Positions 34,586 to 47,221 of a stretch of DNA of 64,000 nt are shown one piece after another. Position 1 is the stretch's first letter; the number at the start of each line of letters is the position of its first letter. Below the pieces are notes generated by a model that had not been told where the DNA came from, made no database searches, and saw only the letters and a program-made list of their open reading frames with translations. Source of the DNA: Azolla caroliniana (lineage: Eukaryota; Plantae; Polypodiophyta). The position numbers and the translations under genes are program-made. The stretch spans positions 7,068,001 to 7,132,000 of the forward strand of contig JBHGNT010000004.1 in NCBI GenBank assembly GCA_043228905.1. Reading direction: 5' to 3'.

Positions 34586-37500
34586 AAACCCTTGTAAAAC
34601 TATTAAATGTAATAGGAAACAATTTTGGTTCTCCGAAAATGGAGCTTGTAAAATTACTAGTTTAAGTGATAGAGATAAGCCTAGGGCCAAGAGATACGAA
34701 AGGTATCTCAAACAATGTAATTTATTGGGGGAAGATGACACCATAAGCGGCACCATGGAGGTAGTCTCGTTCGACGACACTCTCAGAGAGATGGAGAGGA
34801 TAGTCATTTCGGGCCTCAATGAAGACAAGGTAATTCCAGTCAACTCAGTTGACATGTACACCGCCATCTAAGAGCTTGGGCGGTTGATTGAGGAAGCGAG
34901 GACGGTCAAGGTGGAAACAAAGTACAAGACCATGGACAAGAAGGTGAAGCTTGTGGCTGCCCCATTGCCTAATGATAGTTGGGATCGGATAAAGGGGGTA
35001 GCGGCTGATCCTAGCTTGCGCGACCCACGAGGCATAGGGCACCGGTTCACCGACGAGACGCTACAGAAGCTCCGGATTCGTGGGGGTGGCTTCCTATTGC
35101 CTAGGGAGGAGGAAAGATTTAGAAGGATGATCGAAAGCCATGGAAGGGCTTTCACCTTCTCGTCAGGTGAGCTAGGGTGTGTAAACCCTAAGATCATGGA
35201 GCCAATGGTGATCTTTACGGTGCCACATGTACTGTGGAACATCAAACCAATCCCGGTTCCGAGAGCTCACATCCCAAAGCTGATTGAGCTACTCAAGGAA
35301 AAGATCGAGATGGGCATCCTCGAGCCATCAAGCGCCCCATACTTGAATCGGTGGATCACTGTGCCAAAGAAGAATGGCACCTTATGCTTCATCCAGGACC
35401 TACAACCTGTTAATCAAGTGACAATTCGAAATGTCGGGGTCGGGCCTAGCGTTGACAAATTCACCGAGGCCTTCGCTGGAAGGTCTATTTATTCGATCGG
35501 TGATCTATACTCGGGGTATGATCAATTCCAACTGTCTGTGGAGAGTAGGGACATCACGACGATGCGGACCCCTATCAGCCTAGTGCGAATGTGTACCTTG
35601 CCACAAGGAGGCACTAACTCTGTAGCCCACATGGTAAATGCAATGAACAAGGTATTGAGAGATTGCATCCCCGACATCACCATGCCGTTCCTCGATGGCA
35701 TCCCCATAAAAGGGTGCTTTGAAGTGGAGAAAGATGAAACCTTGGACGAGGATGGGTGTAGCCATTTTGTGGCATATCACATCTCCGATTGTGAGAAGGT
35801 TCTACAAAGACTCGAAGATGCACGCTTGACCTTCTCGAGTGAGAAATCGGCATTCGGCCAACCGGAGATCCTTGTGGTGGGACACTTGTGCGGGGCGTAC
35901 GGACGGAAACCGTCCCCGGCAAAGGTGGATGCCATCACAAACATGAGGGAAGAATGTAAATCGCAAACAGAGGTGAGGCAATTTCTTGGTGCCTGTGCAT
36001 TCTACCACATCTGGATCCCGCACTATGCTCACCTAGCTGATCCCTTGTATGGGCTACTCAAGAAGGGGCGGAAGTTCAAGTGGGAAGAAGAGCACACAGA
36101 GGCAATGAAGAGGCTCAAAGGAATGTTGGTAGCGGCACCAGCTTTACGAAAAGCTGTATACAAGGAAGGGGTGCCCATCTGTGTGACGGTAGATACTAGT
36201 CCAACAGGGATCGGATGGGTCATCAACCAAGAAGGAGAGGATGGTACACGCTACGTCATCCAGTTCGGAGCCAAGGTCTTAAGCGAGTGACAACAAGGAT
36301 ACACCCAAGTAAAACGTGAGCTCTGGGGTATTGTGTCCGCAGTGAAGGCGGATAAAGATTACCTAATCGGGTCAGAGGTGGTAATAGAGACGGATTGCCT
36401 TCCAATCCTAGGGATGGTTTTGGGATGTGCAATACCGAACCTAGCTATGCTAAGATGGATTGACTACATCAAATCAATGAACCCGGAGATTCGCCACATT
36501 TCAGGGAAGAACAATGTCATGGCAGATATGCTATCGAGGGCAAGATTCGAGGGAGAAAGCGACATGGTGTCTGAAGATGAGGATGTCGCTCTTGACTTCT
36601 TTAAGACGGCCCAAGCGTCTATAGATGATCGAGATGTGCGAGTACTCCACGCCTTCAACGAAAGTGAATACGAAGGGGAGTGGCTACACATTGGCAAGTT
36701 CTTAAGCTCAATGACGGTGGATAGTTCATGGTCGAAGGAGGAAGCACATAGAGTCCAAAAGAAAGCGTGCAAGTACTTCCTACAAGGGGGATTCCTCTGG
36801 AGGCACCCGAAGAGAAGGACAAGGACGCCACAATGAGTGGTCATAGAGGAAGAGGACCAGACAACATTGGTGTCTGAGTTCCACGAGAGTCCTTGGGCAG
36901 GCCATAGAGGAACGTGGGCAACATTCGAGAAGTTAAAGGAGAAGTATTGGTGGTCGGGAATGTACAAGGATGTCACCCATTTCGTGGGGACGTGTGAAAG
37001 TTGTCAGATACACTCAAACATACGCCATAGGGACGAGATGCACCTGACCTACCCACTCACCATACACTTCAAATGGATGGTGGATTTGGTTTCAATGCCG
37101 ATGGGAGTGGGCCAAATGAAATATTTGGTGCTAGCAAGAGAAGACCTAACAAACCAGGTAGAAGGGCGAGCCTTAGCAAACAAAACGACGGGGGGGGGGG
37201 GGGGGGGGGGTGTGTAAATTCTTACTTGAGGATGTCATCTGTCGGTATGGATGTGTGGGGAAGATAGTGGCCAATAGAGGAGAGTTGAACGCTCACGAAG
37301 CTACAGAACTCTTTGACCAACTTGGAGTGAAGCTCTCTCTCACGGCCGCTTATAACTCGGAGGCTAATGGAAAGATAGAATGCGAACACGAGCCTATCGT
37401 AAAAGCCATTGTAAGAGCTTGTGATGGGCGAGTCGGGAATTGGCCTCGGTTACTACCTTATGCCTTGTGGACCGACCGAACAACTCATAGCTTAGTTACA

Positions 37501-38025
37501 GGTTTCATGCCAGCTAAACTCATGTACAGACAAAAGCCGATGATGCCCATCGAAGACACGATCGCATCATGGGTAGCGATGTCGTGGGAAAACGAGATGA
37601 GTCGAGAAGAGCTTCTAGCAACAAGGATAAGGCAACTTGGAGTTGGCAAAGGAGAGGTTAGAAGCGGCTAGGCTAAGTAACAAAGCCCGGTTTGACAATA
37701 CGCACACCGACTACGCTCTCGGAAGATCTAAGAAGGAGACTGGGTGATTGTATATGATAGTAGTCTCACCAATCAACATAGCTCGATGCGGAAATTCGCA
37801 AAGCGATGGTTCGGGCCATACGTGGTAACGAGTGCGAACAATAATGCTACCTACCATCTCGCTAAACTCGATGGGACTAAGCTGGTAGTACCAATAGCCG
37901 GGAAGCAGGTCAAAATCTTCAAAAAGTGACACGACAGGGAGCCAAACCTCGATGACCTTGACGAAGATAAAGGCGAGCAAACAACAAGCCACGGGGTCAA
38001 TGAGGAGGAGGAAACAAACTATTGA
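34524..38025 (+). pseudogene. Gypsy A Pol (RT, RNase H, integrase), -1 frame, multiple stops, poly-G frameshift
   Basis: ORF pieces at 34530, 34884, 36333 and 36837 are in one frame, with motifs as in Gypsy B. Confidence 0.88.
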
Positions 38026-38086
38026 CCACCCTCAGCCCCCGCCATTCTTGGCACATACCGGAAGATGTGGGTTTGGTGGGGGTGGA

Positions 38087-38938
38087 TGTCGTGATGTGGC
38101 GTGCTCAAGAGTGGGAAAAACTGGTGAAAAGGGGGGGGTCAAAATGTGCATGTGCAATGTGTGTGCACACAAAAGCGATTAATTGTGCACATGAAAAAGA
38201 AAAGGGAAAAGAAAGGGTGGAAAGGATGGATAGAAGCCTGTGTAAAAAGTAAGAGAGAGGAGAGATAAAAAAGTAGAGGGGAGACAGGCTAAGAATTTAT
38301 AGAGATAGAATTATATAAGAGAAAGTTAATGGGCTAGTGGATAGTCACATCAACTTTTAGCTAGAGGTGTACAGTTCAAATCTAGTCTTACAGTGCAACG
38401 TGATTTAAGGAATTTTATTCCTTTTTGCATTAAAGAAGAAATTGGCAATCCCCCTTCCTTTTTTTCATATAAAAGGAGGTCGAGGGGGGCTCATTTGGGG
38501 GAGGACGTTTTGGGAGGAGGAGACTATTGCCATTTTTCCTTCGGAGCTCTTCATCTTCTTCTTCACCACTTCTCTTCATCTCATACCCCTTCATCCCCTC
38601 ATCGCCACGTGCTCGTCTTCTTCGCGTCGACTCTCGAAGTGCTTGTGAGCCCAAGCTTTGTTGGTTCGACGTTGCGAGCCCCATTCGTCGTTGCGAGCCC
38701 ATGTGCTCGCCGTTCAGGTGGTCGTGGTTCGTTGGGGTTGGCATTTTGGTGGTGCTCGTGTGTTCATCTTCACCGTGTTCAGATTTGCTCTTGTCTCTAA
38801 GGGCATTTAGTATTTATGTTTTGATTGAGCTTGTGGTTAACTATAAGTTGCCATTGTAATCAAACCCTATTTTATAAAGGGTCCTCTTGTGTTGGAATCG
38901 AACACGTATTTATTTCTTTGGCCGATATCATTCGTGTT

Positions 38939-38970
<32 letters not shown>

Positions 38971-39874
38971 TGTTCGTGTCTTCCTTGTACATTCGGTCGT
39001 CTTGTGACGAGGGAGCGTTTCGAGCGTGCCCATGCACCTCTTCTCCTCATAAAGACGTACAAGCATTTGTGCATGTGTTTGTGTCTTCCTTGTACGTTCG
39101 GCCGTCTTGTGACCATGGAGCGTTTCGGGCGTGCCCATGCACCTCTCCTCCTCATAAAGGCGTACGAGCATTTTGTGCGTGTGTTTGTGTCTTCCTTGTA
39201 CGTTCGGTCATCTCGTGACGAGGGAGCGTTCGGGGTTGCCCATGCACCTCTCCTCCTCATAAAGGCGTACGAGCATTTTGTGTGTGTGTTTGTGTCTTCC
39301 TTGTACGTTCGGTCATCTTGTGATGAGGGAGCATTTCGGGCATGCCCATGCACCTCTCCTCCTCATAAAGACGTGCATTTGTGCATGTGTTTGTGACTTC
39401 CTTGTATGTTCGGTCGTCTTGTGACGAGGGAGCGTTCGGGCTTGCCCATGCACCTCTCCTGCTCATAAAGGCGTACAAGCGTTTGTGCGTGTGTTTTGTG
39501 TCTTCCTCATACGTTCGACGTCTTGTGACGAGGGAGCATTCGGGCGTGCCCATGCACCTCTCCTCCTCATAAAGACGTATGGGCATTCGTGTTTGTGTTA
39601 TCGTCCCCTTGTGCGTTCATCTTGTGTGCTCATCTTTGCTTGTACCTATTTGATCACTTGGCTCGTGCAGTGATCTCGAAAGGTCGATGAGTCGTGATCA
39701 ACGAAAGCGACTGGCCTCACAAAACAAAGGGGAATGAGCCCTTGCTCGGGAAGGGGTCGGGAAGTAGTATTGTCGTAAAGCAAACCTCGGGTCTTCTCTA
39801 TCCCTTGAGTACTCCCAAGTCCAAGACCCCCATGGTCCCGCCCAAGTAACATGCACGCTCGAAACTTCGCGACA
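38087..39874 (+). repeat. 3' LTR of Gypsy A (~1.79 kb) with 6 x 105-bp repeats and a tRNA-like module
   Basis: TGTCGTGA...TCGCGACA; A-like TGGGCTAGTGG at 38330 and B-like AGTTCAAATCT at 38373. Confidence 0.9.
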
Positions 39875-40402
39875 ATGTGTAACCTCCTTGGTCCCTTTCA
39901 AGGGATTCAACACCAATCATTGACATATCAATCTAGTTTTCGCAATTTATGCCATATTGTCTCCTTCTTCATCTATGTCTTCATGCTCTCCCTAGCTTCC
40001 TAAGATCATGGTCTCATCACTCACAACTTCTAAAGTTCCTAGCCTTGTCACTTTTAGTTCCATGTTCGTAGCCTTATGGATCGTAGCCTCGTCATCCGTG
40101 CTCCGTCGTAGTCCGCAGTTGGTGTGTCTGAGATAGCTACGAGGTGGGCTCTTTGATCCCAAGTGATAGGGAAACACCAGTCAAGATCGAAGGCCATGAA
40201 TTGTGAGACAATTAGACACCAAACACCATTTGATTATTTCATCATTTTCTTCTAGCTAAAAAGCTCTTGAAAAAATACAATGCTTAAAGAAACCTTAATA
40301 ATGTTTGTATCTCCCACACACAATGAGGTTTTGCTAAGTTATTCTCTACAAGCCACATAAGACTACAAGAATTTGTATTCATGGTGCAAACAAATGAGTA
40401 TA

Positions 40403-40630
40403 GTGGTTCTCTAGTTCATAAATGTTGATATGTCAAGAATACTCAATTTTCACGCATTCAAAGGAGGACAAGTTTCACAAATGAGTTCATTCATTCACTT
40501 CAAAAAAGCTATTCTAGCAGAAGTGGTTCTCTAGTTCATAAATGTTGATATGTAAAAATACTCAAATTCCATGCATTCAAGGAGATCGGGTTTCCCAAAT
40601 GAATTCATTCATATACTTCAAAAAAACTAC
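40403..40630. repeat. ~120-bp direct duplication
   Basis: GTGGTTCTCTAGTTCATAAATGTTGATATGT at 40403 and 40523. Confidence 0.8.
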
Positions 40631-43506
40631 TCCAATATTGCTTACATGAAATTTTCAATGTCCATGCAATAAGTGACACAAAGAATCGAACAAAGACAAA
40701 TTGTACCAACCATAAACGTGCATTGAAAAGGGCATCTAGATAATTTCCAATATTGCGATTGTCCTCTAAGTTTCTTTAGGAACCATTTGACTCAATCATT
40801 TATAATGCAATTCCTATATAAAGTATCAAATTGATTTTATCAGAAAAATTGATGTAGTGAATGTCATTGTTCAATATTTATAAAATAGTTTTTACGCTCT
40901 CCTATTCCAATAATTGACATGTTTTACATCGGGTTACACTCATGATATTATCAAACATTAAAAAGTAAAATATTGATTCATGAATCCTACTTATATTTTT
41001 TAGCAAAGGGTATGTGTTGATAAACCTTTCCGATATCAATCCGTTGCTTATTTGTAGAAAACTATTTATGCAAAATAAAATATGTATGTGTACACTATAA
41101 AGCTATTAAAAATGGTGACCTATGGGAATTGGTGTATTAAACTTGTGTGAAGGAACACAAATTTGTTAACTTATGCCCTAATAACCAAAACAATAAATTC
41201 TTGTGTGACAAGAGCAAAACATGCAAAAGGCTAAGTAATGGAGTTTAGCAATAATACAAGCAAATTTAGGTGTAAACATGAGTTTGCACATTAATAATTG
41301 CTTGAAGCAAGTTTATATCAAATTATTAATGCCTCAAGTTTAAACTAAGTGATTAGTTTCCCAATAACTATCTTAGGTCATATCGCAAAAATTAACATGC
41401 ATTCGTTAAACTACATGACTAGCCTACTAATGATTGAATCTTAATTCATTTTTTATAAACAAAAACTAAGTTACATAAACTTTTACTTTTTAAGAATGGA
41501 ATAATCAATCTTTCAACTCTTACATTTTAATGGAGGCAATGTTAATATTTGTTTTGAAGGGAAACACCAAAATACCCTTCATTTTTCGGATATTTACTCG
41601 AGCTCGAACACCCCTTAGTTTTCATATGTTACGAGAATACCATCCCTTCTATAGAACAAAAGTTGATTCCAATTGTTGAAACTTTTGGGGTATCCAATAA
41701 ATACTTGACACAAGTTCGGGGTGTTAGGTTTTTTGGCCCTATTTAAAATTACATTATTCTAGTTGATAATACGTGTTATACTTAGTGTACTCTTTATGCA
41801 ACACTTCTGAAATCCTAAAGTAGCTTGAAGTGACTAAGGTGTAAGGTCCTTTAAATAATCGTAGATTTAAATTATGAGACATCTTCAATGGTTTTAAAGC
41901 ACTTGAGCAAAACTGCTTAAAAGAGACAACAATGTGTATTCTAGTGGAGTTGAGTGATTTATGAGTCAACAGGAATAAGTTCTATTCGTTTTTCTTTTGT
42001 TTATGTTTTAATGCATCACAAAAAGACTTGGGTAGTTGCAAGGGTGTGTAGTTCACCTTTTTACATCACCTCTAGGTTTCTTTCTTTCTTCGTTAAACTA
42101 TGGAAATTTTAACTTTTTTGTTCGTAACTTGGATGTAGGACTAGTGTAGCATTGGGGGCGACATAAATATCAGCCCACTGAGAGCACACTTTGTTGTGCA
42201 CCTTGCACACTCATTTATATTATACCTCACACTCTTGAAAGTTATGCACAACACATACACATGGAAAATGCTCCCATGGTTTCATTTTTCTTTTCTCTTT
42301 CTTTTTCTTTTTCCACCTACTTGTGGCACTTGATCATGTGAGTGCCATTGTCAAAATACAACTAATGCTTATTTCACATAATAGAAAGATGTGAGACACT
42401 CTAGATTGGAATCAATTGGATTATTACATACTTTATATGACCTTTTCTACATGTCCCACGTAGGGTTGTTATGGCTATGCCTAAAACTCCAACATTAGAG
42501 ATATCATCATTTTAATCATGAATGAATTGGGGAATTTAACCAAATTTGAGAATCTCGTTGTTAGCTTTATCTTGTATCATCCATTCCAAAAATTTCACAT
42601 TGACAAAGGAAACGAATCTTCATATCTCAAGGGATCCCTCGATCCCAACTTCCAAGGTTATGAATAAAGGAATTTAAAATGTGCCACATCTCCTCCATCT
42701 AAGTTCATGGACAAATGATCTTATTCGTTTCTTTCACTTCACAAAATGAGAAAAAGGGGACACTGTAGCTTAGTGGGGGAGTGCATTGGGATAACCAAGA
42801 TTGCACAACCTTTATGATAAGGAGTTCCTCATGCACTACAAAAATATAAAGCTTAACTATGGTAAATTTATGCATAAAAAAGTATACATCAAAGTATATG
42901 TGATATCATAGTCACATCTCTATTAAGAAAAGGAATTTCCCACGGAAATGTATGAAGAGATCCTTACTTTTATGTGCATCGCATGTGCGATGACATTTTG
43001 CATACGATATACCTCATGTTGCTCGACTTGGTTTCTTCTAACTTTAGGTTTGCTACTTTTAAAGAAACCAAAATGTATCTTAGTTGACATAACGTTGAAT
43101 TGTTTGTTGTGTTAGATAGGGTCTCTCGGGCTAAAAGACATACATGACATGCGAAAAGGATGATCCACTTCAAGCAAAATCGGATCTCGAATAACTTTCA
43201 AGATTCTAACACATTCTTTTTCTTTTAACAACTACTCACATATGAAAAAGGTATGGCATGCATTCTGGAAGTCAAATTTGTGTACTCCCTTCCCATCAAT
43301 AAAGCTTTGTACTAAATGACATTTAGACATTTTTTTTGCACCTTCTTCCATTGTTCAATTGTAACAGGTTTAGGCAGACTTCACAAAATTAGACCATTAA
43401 TTAAACATAGTTATTCTCCTAATAACATGCGGCGGTTCTATTCAATGACTTTGGATTTAAACACATTGTATGATGTATCCAATTTATATATGTTCTAAGT
43501 TACATC

Positions 43507-43555
43507 TTCGCTTGAGAATACCTTAGCTTGGGAAGCTAGGGTATTCTCAAGTGAA
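43507..43555. repeat. Near-perfect inverted repeat (23-bp arms, 3-nt loop)
   Basis: TTCGCTTGAGAATACCTTAGCTT-GGG-AAGCTAGGGTATTCTCAAGTGAA. Confidence 0.9.
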
Positions 43556-46489
43556 AATATAGAATGAGGACATATTTTTAGTTTATGTAGAGTGAGGACA
43601 TATTTTTGGTTGTACAAGTATCCTTTCCCTTCTAATTCAACATCACTATTTTTATTTGCAAAATTTGTAGTTCTTATCCCTTCACTTGTCTAATTTGGCA
43701 TCTTCTCATTGTTCCTTCAATTCATAACTTTGACATGTATTACTATCTTTTCTAGTGTTATATATAAGATTCTATTTTGCGCATTTAGTGATCTATCAGT
43801 TAACTTCACATCCTTTGACCTCCACATTACTTATTTCATTAAAATTAGGCGAATTATACGAATAAGTCTAACAATATGTGCATGTTTTCGTGTAAAGGTA
43901 TGCCTACTATGTGACAAATAATGCTCAATCAAACTTTTACATTACCAAAGTATGTACATGTAGCAATAAGCAAAAACAAGTGATTTTTTTGTAGCACATC
44001 CACAAATGAAATACAAACCTTTATGCTATAAGCGTGTGAAAAAGGAATACAACTTCTATTGTTCTTTGTTTTCCTTTCTTGCCATATATGTTAAAGACTT
44101 TCCGTCGACTTCCAACTACTTCCTTTCAAGGTGCCAAATGCTATGTTGACATGTCAAAGATGCCATTATGTGTACCAATAATCTAAATTATTGTAAAGTT
44201 GCATTTAAAATATTAAGGTTATAGTTGGAGTTGAACTATTCCTTTTGATGTGTCACAAGAATATACAAGATTTTCTCTATTTTTAGAACGTGAAAGAATA
44301 CATCAACTTGAAACTATTGGAGATATCATATATCTCGAATGAGAAAACAAGCGTCAAATGCTCAATGTATCTTGATCATGTAGCTCAAAAAATCTGGCAA
44401 AGAGTAAGACATGTGTTGCATTTCACACTTACAACCACATATGTGCATTCAACTAATCATCATGTAACGACAATCCTCTGAACCCTCTTGAAGGGATTGT
44501 GTAACAAATATTGTAGCCTTTTCTAGTTATGTACAAGTAATGTGCAAATGGTATCCTTCATTATAATGTAAGAATAATGTAACTATGCTTTCTGAAGTGC
44601 CACGTATGTCAACCAATTTCAAAATCAAGTCACTATAATCGTTGTTATTATGTCAACTTCTTGGATTTTATTTCTTAGTATATAGTGCATTGGGTAGAAT
44701 TACAACTTTTGGATTTTCCTTTGTGGAGATTGTTCAACATCAACTTTGGGGGTTGATGCAAGGATGCGGATTTAAGTCTCCTAAAACAAGTTGACCATTA
44801 TGTTATGGATAGATATAATGATGGTGTGCGTGGGGACATCTATTCAATTTGTGATGTGTTTTGTTGTTGTTTTATCTACAATGTTTTCTTTTCTCAACCT
44901 TATAAACACTTTCTAGAGTACACACATTGCATGTGGAGAACTTTCTCATTAGACTATATGAAAAGCAATGTACGGAGACAACGAAAAGGACAAGGATGCG
45001 TCCCCACATTTAAAGAAGACAACAAAACAAAGTAGCGGGATTTCATCACTATATATCCGTAAGGTAGCTAAGAACGCGGATGTTGATTAAATATCAGGGA
45101 CGAATGCAAACTTGCCCTTACAAACATTGTAAATTAATACAAAAGAATGTCTTCAACATATTATAGTTGCAAAATGTTGTTTTTTGTAGCCCTAAGTGGG
45201 GCAATTCTCCACATTCTACCCATCTTTTTTAATGATTGTAATAGTTGTAATAGAAAACTTTGTCAATAGAACTAGTCGTGTTCTTGTTTTACATACATAA
45301 TGTTAACCTCATGATGTGAGTAATCTCATACAAAGAGATATGATACATTTTTAATAAAGGTTGGTGATACTCGAGTTAGTAATTCATAGATACCATGTTA
45401 AAGTTTTAAAACCTAAAATCTAGATGTTGAATATGAATGGTGTTCATCATGTATATACAAATAGTGAAATGAGATGTAAGTTGTAGAGGGTAAAGTTGTT
45501 ATAAGAATGCCCATCCAAGAACACTTATGTTTTAGTAGAATTACCTAGATTTTTTATGTTAAAACTACACTCAGTGCAACATATTATGACTACGTTTCAA
45601 GAGATAATTGTGAGATCCTTTGAATTCCTCATTTTTTTGTCAACATAAAGATGCAATGCACCTTTCCTTCTATCCCGTTGCTTCTTTCCTAGCAAGAGTC
45701 TCTAGCATTGTGGGAACTTTGTGCACTCAATCGTGGCTACAACAAACTCGGGGACTTGTTTGCCGAGCAAGTTAAACGAGTCAATGCACCAAGGGGGGAT
45801 GTTGTGAGGTTGTTTTGTGGCGGCTGGACCAAATGTAAGCACACAAGCATAGAGGTAATAATGGGTTGGAAGTTTTTCATGCAACATCCATACATTGAAA
45901 TTTCACTATGCATCATGAATTTAAACACGTTTGGTTGGAGGTCAAGGGGGTTGAGGTGGTCGTACATCTCAAAATGCACGAGGTGCGTAATTGTGGGGTC
46001 CCGTAGATTTAAGTGTCATGACAACCAATTATATAGCTCATTAGGCAAGCCTCAAAAACATATCTAAAAACCTCTATAGAATGTCATCTTATGTGTTGTA
46101 AGGCAGGGCTGTAAAACGCTCGACGAGAGCAAGTAAAGCTTATTACAATAACCTCCTGACTTCTAGTAAAACCACATCAAATTCACGAATGAAGTGAGAG
46201 ATCCGAGGGACTCCATTACGGGCAACAACAGAATGGGAGTAATAAGTTAAGAAAAGAATATCTAGTAGTGTGATGTGAGAGGACCTGGTCTTTGAGATGG
46301 AAGGAACTTCAAAGAAGCACAACACAAAAGAAAGGGATGGATGATGGTTCATGGATGGGTGGAGTTTTTTAGGGGCATCTTTGGAAATAACTAAAACCTT
46401 CTTTCTCTCTCTCACTAATATTTTCAAAGGGAGAGAAGAGAGTGTGTGGGGGGAGTTGACAAAGTGAGTCTGTCTCTCTCTAGACTGAC

Positions 46490-47205
46490 TCTCCTCACAC
46501 ACCTCTCTCTCTCTCTCTCTCTCTAGACCCTACCCTACTCTGTTTCTATCCGTCTCTGTCTCTGTCTCTCTCTTCTACTTTCCTTCTCCTTCTCCTCCTC
46601 CTCCGTCTTCTTCTTCTTCTTCTTCTTCTTCTTCCTTTCCCTTTTTCCTTCGTTCGAGGGGCGACTTTGGTCGTCTTTTGCTAGGTCCAATCAAAGAAAG
46701 CTCAGTCTCACAACCCCCCCACAGAACAGAAAGAGAAGAGAAGAGAAGAGAAGATACACAGAACAACCACACATACACAGAAGAAGCAGACAGGCTCGGT
46801 GCCAAAGAAGCAACAGTGGAAGCATAGACGCAAGGAAGGAAGGAAGGAAGGAAGGAAGAAACAGGGGAAGGGAGAGCAGGACGCCAGAAGGAAAACAACA
46901 CAGAGAGAGGAAAGGGTTTTGGGGGTGGAGTGGAAGGAGAAGAAGCAACAAGAAAGAAGGAAAGGAGAAAGAAGCAGCAGCAGCAGCAGCTGAAGGGAAG
47001 AAACAGAGCAGAAGAAAGAAGGAAGACAACCAGGCTTTTTTTCTTTGGAGGGGAGGGGATGGAAGGAGTAGTTGCAATGTTTGTCTCTCACACAGGGCTT
47101 CGCAAGATGTAGACAGTGAAAATACTCTGGGGATTCCAGCATAGACAAAGAGAAGGAAGAAAAATTGGTTTCTTCTTCTTCTTCTTCTTCTTCTTCTTCT
47201 TCATT
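46490..47205 (+). promoter_or_regulatory. Probable promoter/5' UTR of the PP2C gene, rich in CT, CTT, GAAG and GCA microsatellites
   Basis: Pyrimidine-rich tracts at 46490-46650 and 47168-47200 upstream of the ATG, typical of plant 5' regions; TSS not determined. Confidence 0.45.
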
Positions 47206-47221
47206 TCTTCCGCCATGTGCC

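Larger units (their letters stand above)
18769..39874 (+). mobile_element. Ty3/gypsy non-chromovirus element A (possibly Phygy/Selgy-like), interrupted by a nested Copia
   Basis: LTRs 18769-21084 and 38087-39874, PPT GGTGGGGGTGGA, 4-bp TSD ACGT/ATGT, gag-pro and pol remnants at 32437-38025. Confidence 0.88.
17017..40135 (+). mobile_element. Non-autonomous LTR element (TRIM/LARD-like, ~1.1 kb internal region without recognisable gag/pol); 3' LTR split by Gypsy A
   Basis: Truncated 5' LTR ends CCGTGACA at 17389; PBS from 17390; PPT 18471-18486; 3' LTR is 18487-18768 plus 39875-40135, which rejoins as ...GTATAAATACGT|GTAACCTCC... like the other LTR copies. Confidence 0.75.

Noticed and set aside
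41558-41740. Possible Mutator-like MITE (GGGAAACACCAAAATACCC...GGGGTGTTAGGTTTTTTGGCCC)
   Set aside because: The terminal match is weak and no TSD was found.
42770-42800. PPT-like AGTGGGGGAG followed by TG, a possible old Copia LTR start
   Set aside because: No recognisable coding motifs upstream and no partner LTR.
40136-46480. Short ORFs in the AT-rich region upstream of PLL
   Set aside because: No recognisable domains or exon structure; probably decayed repeats and regulatory DNA that I cannot resolve.
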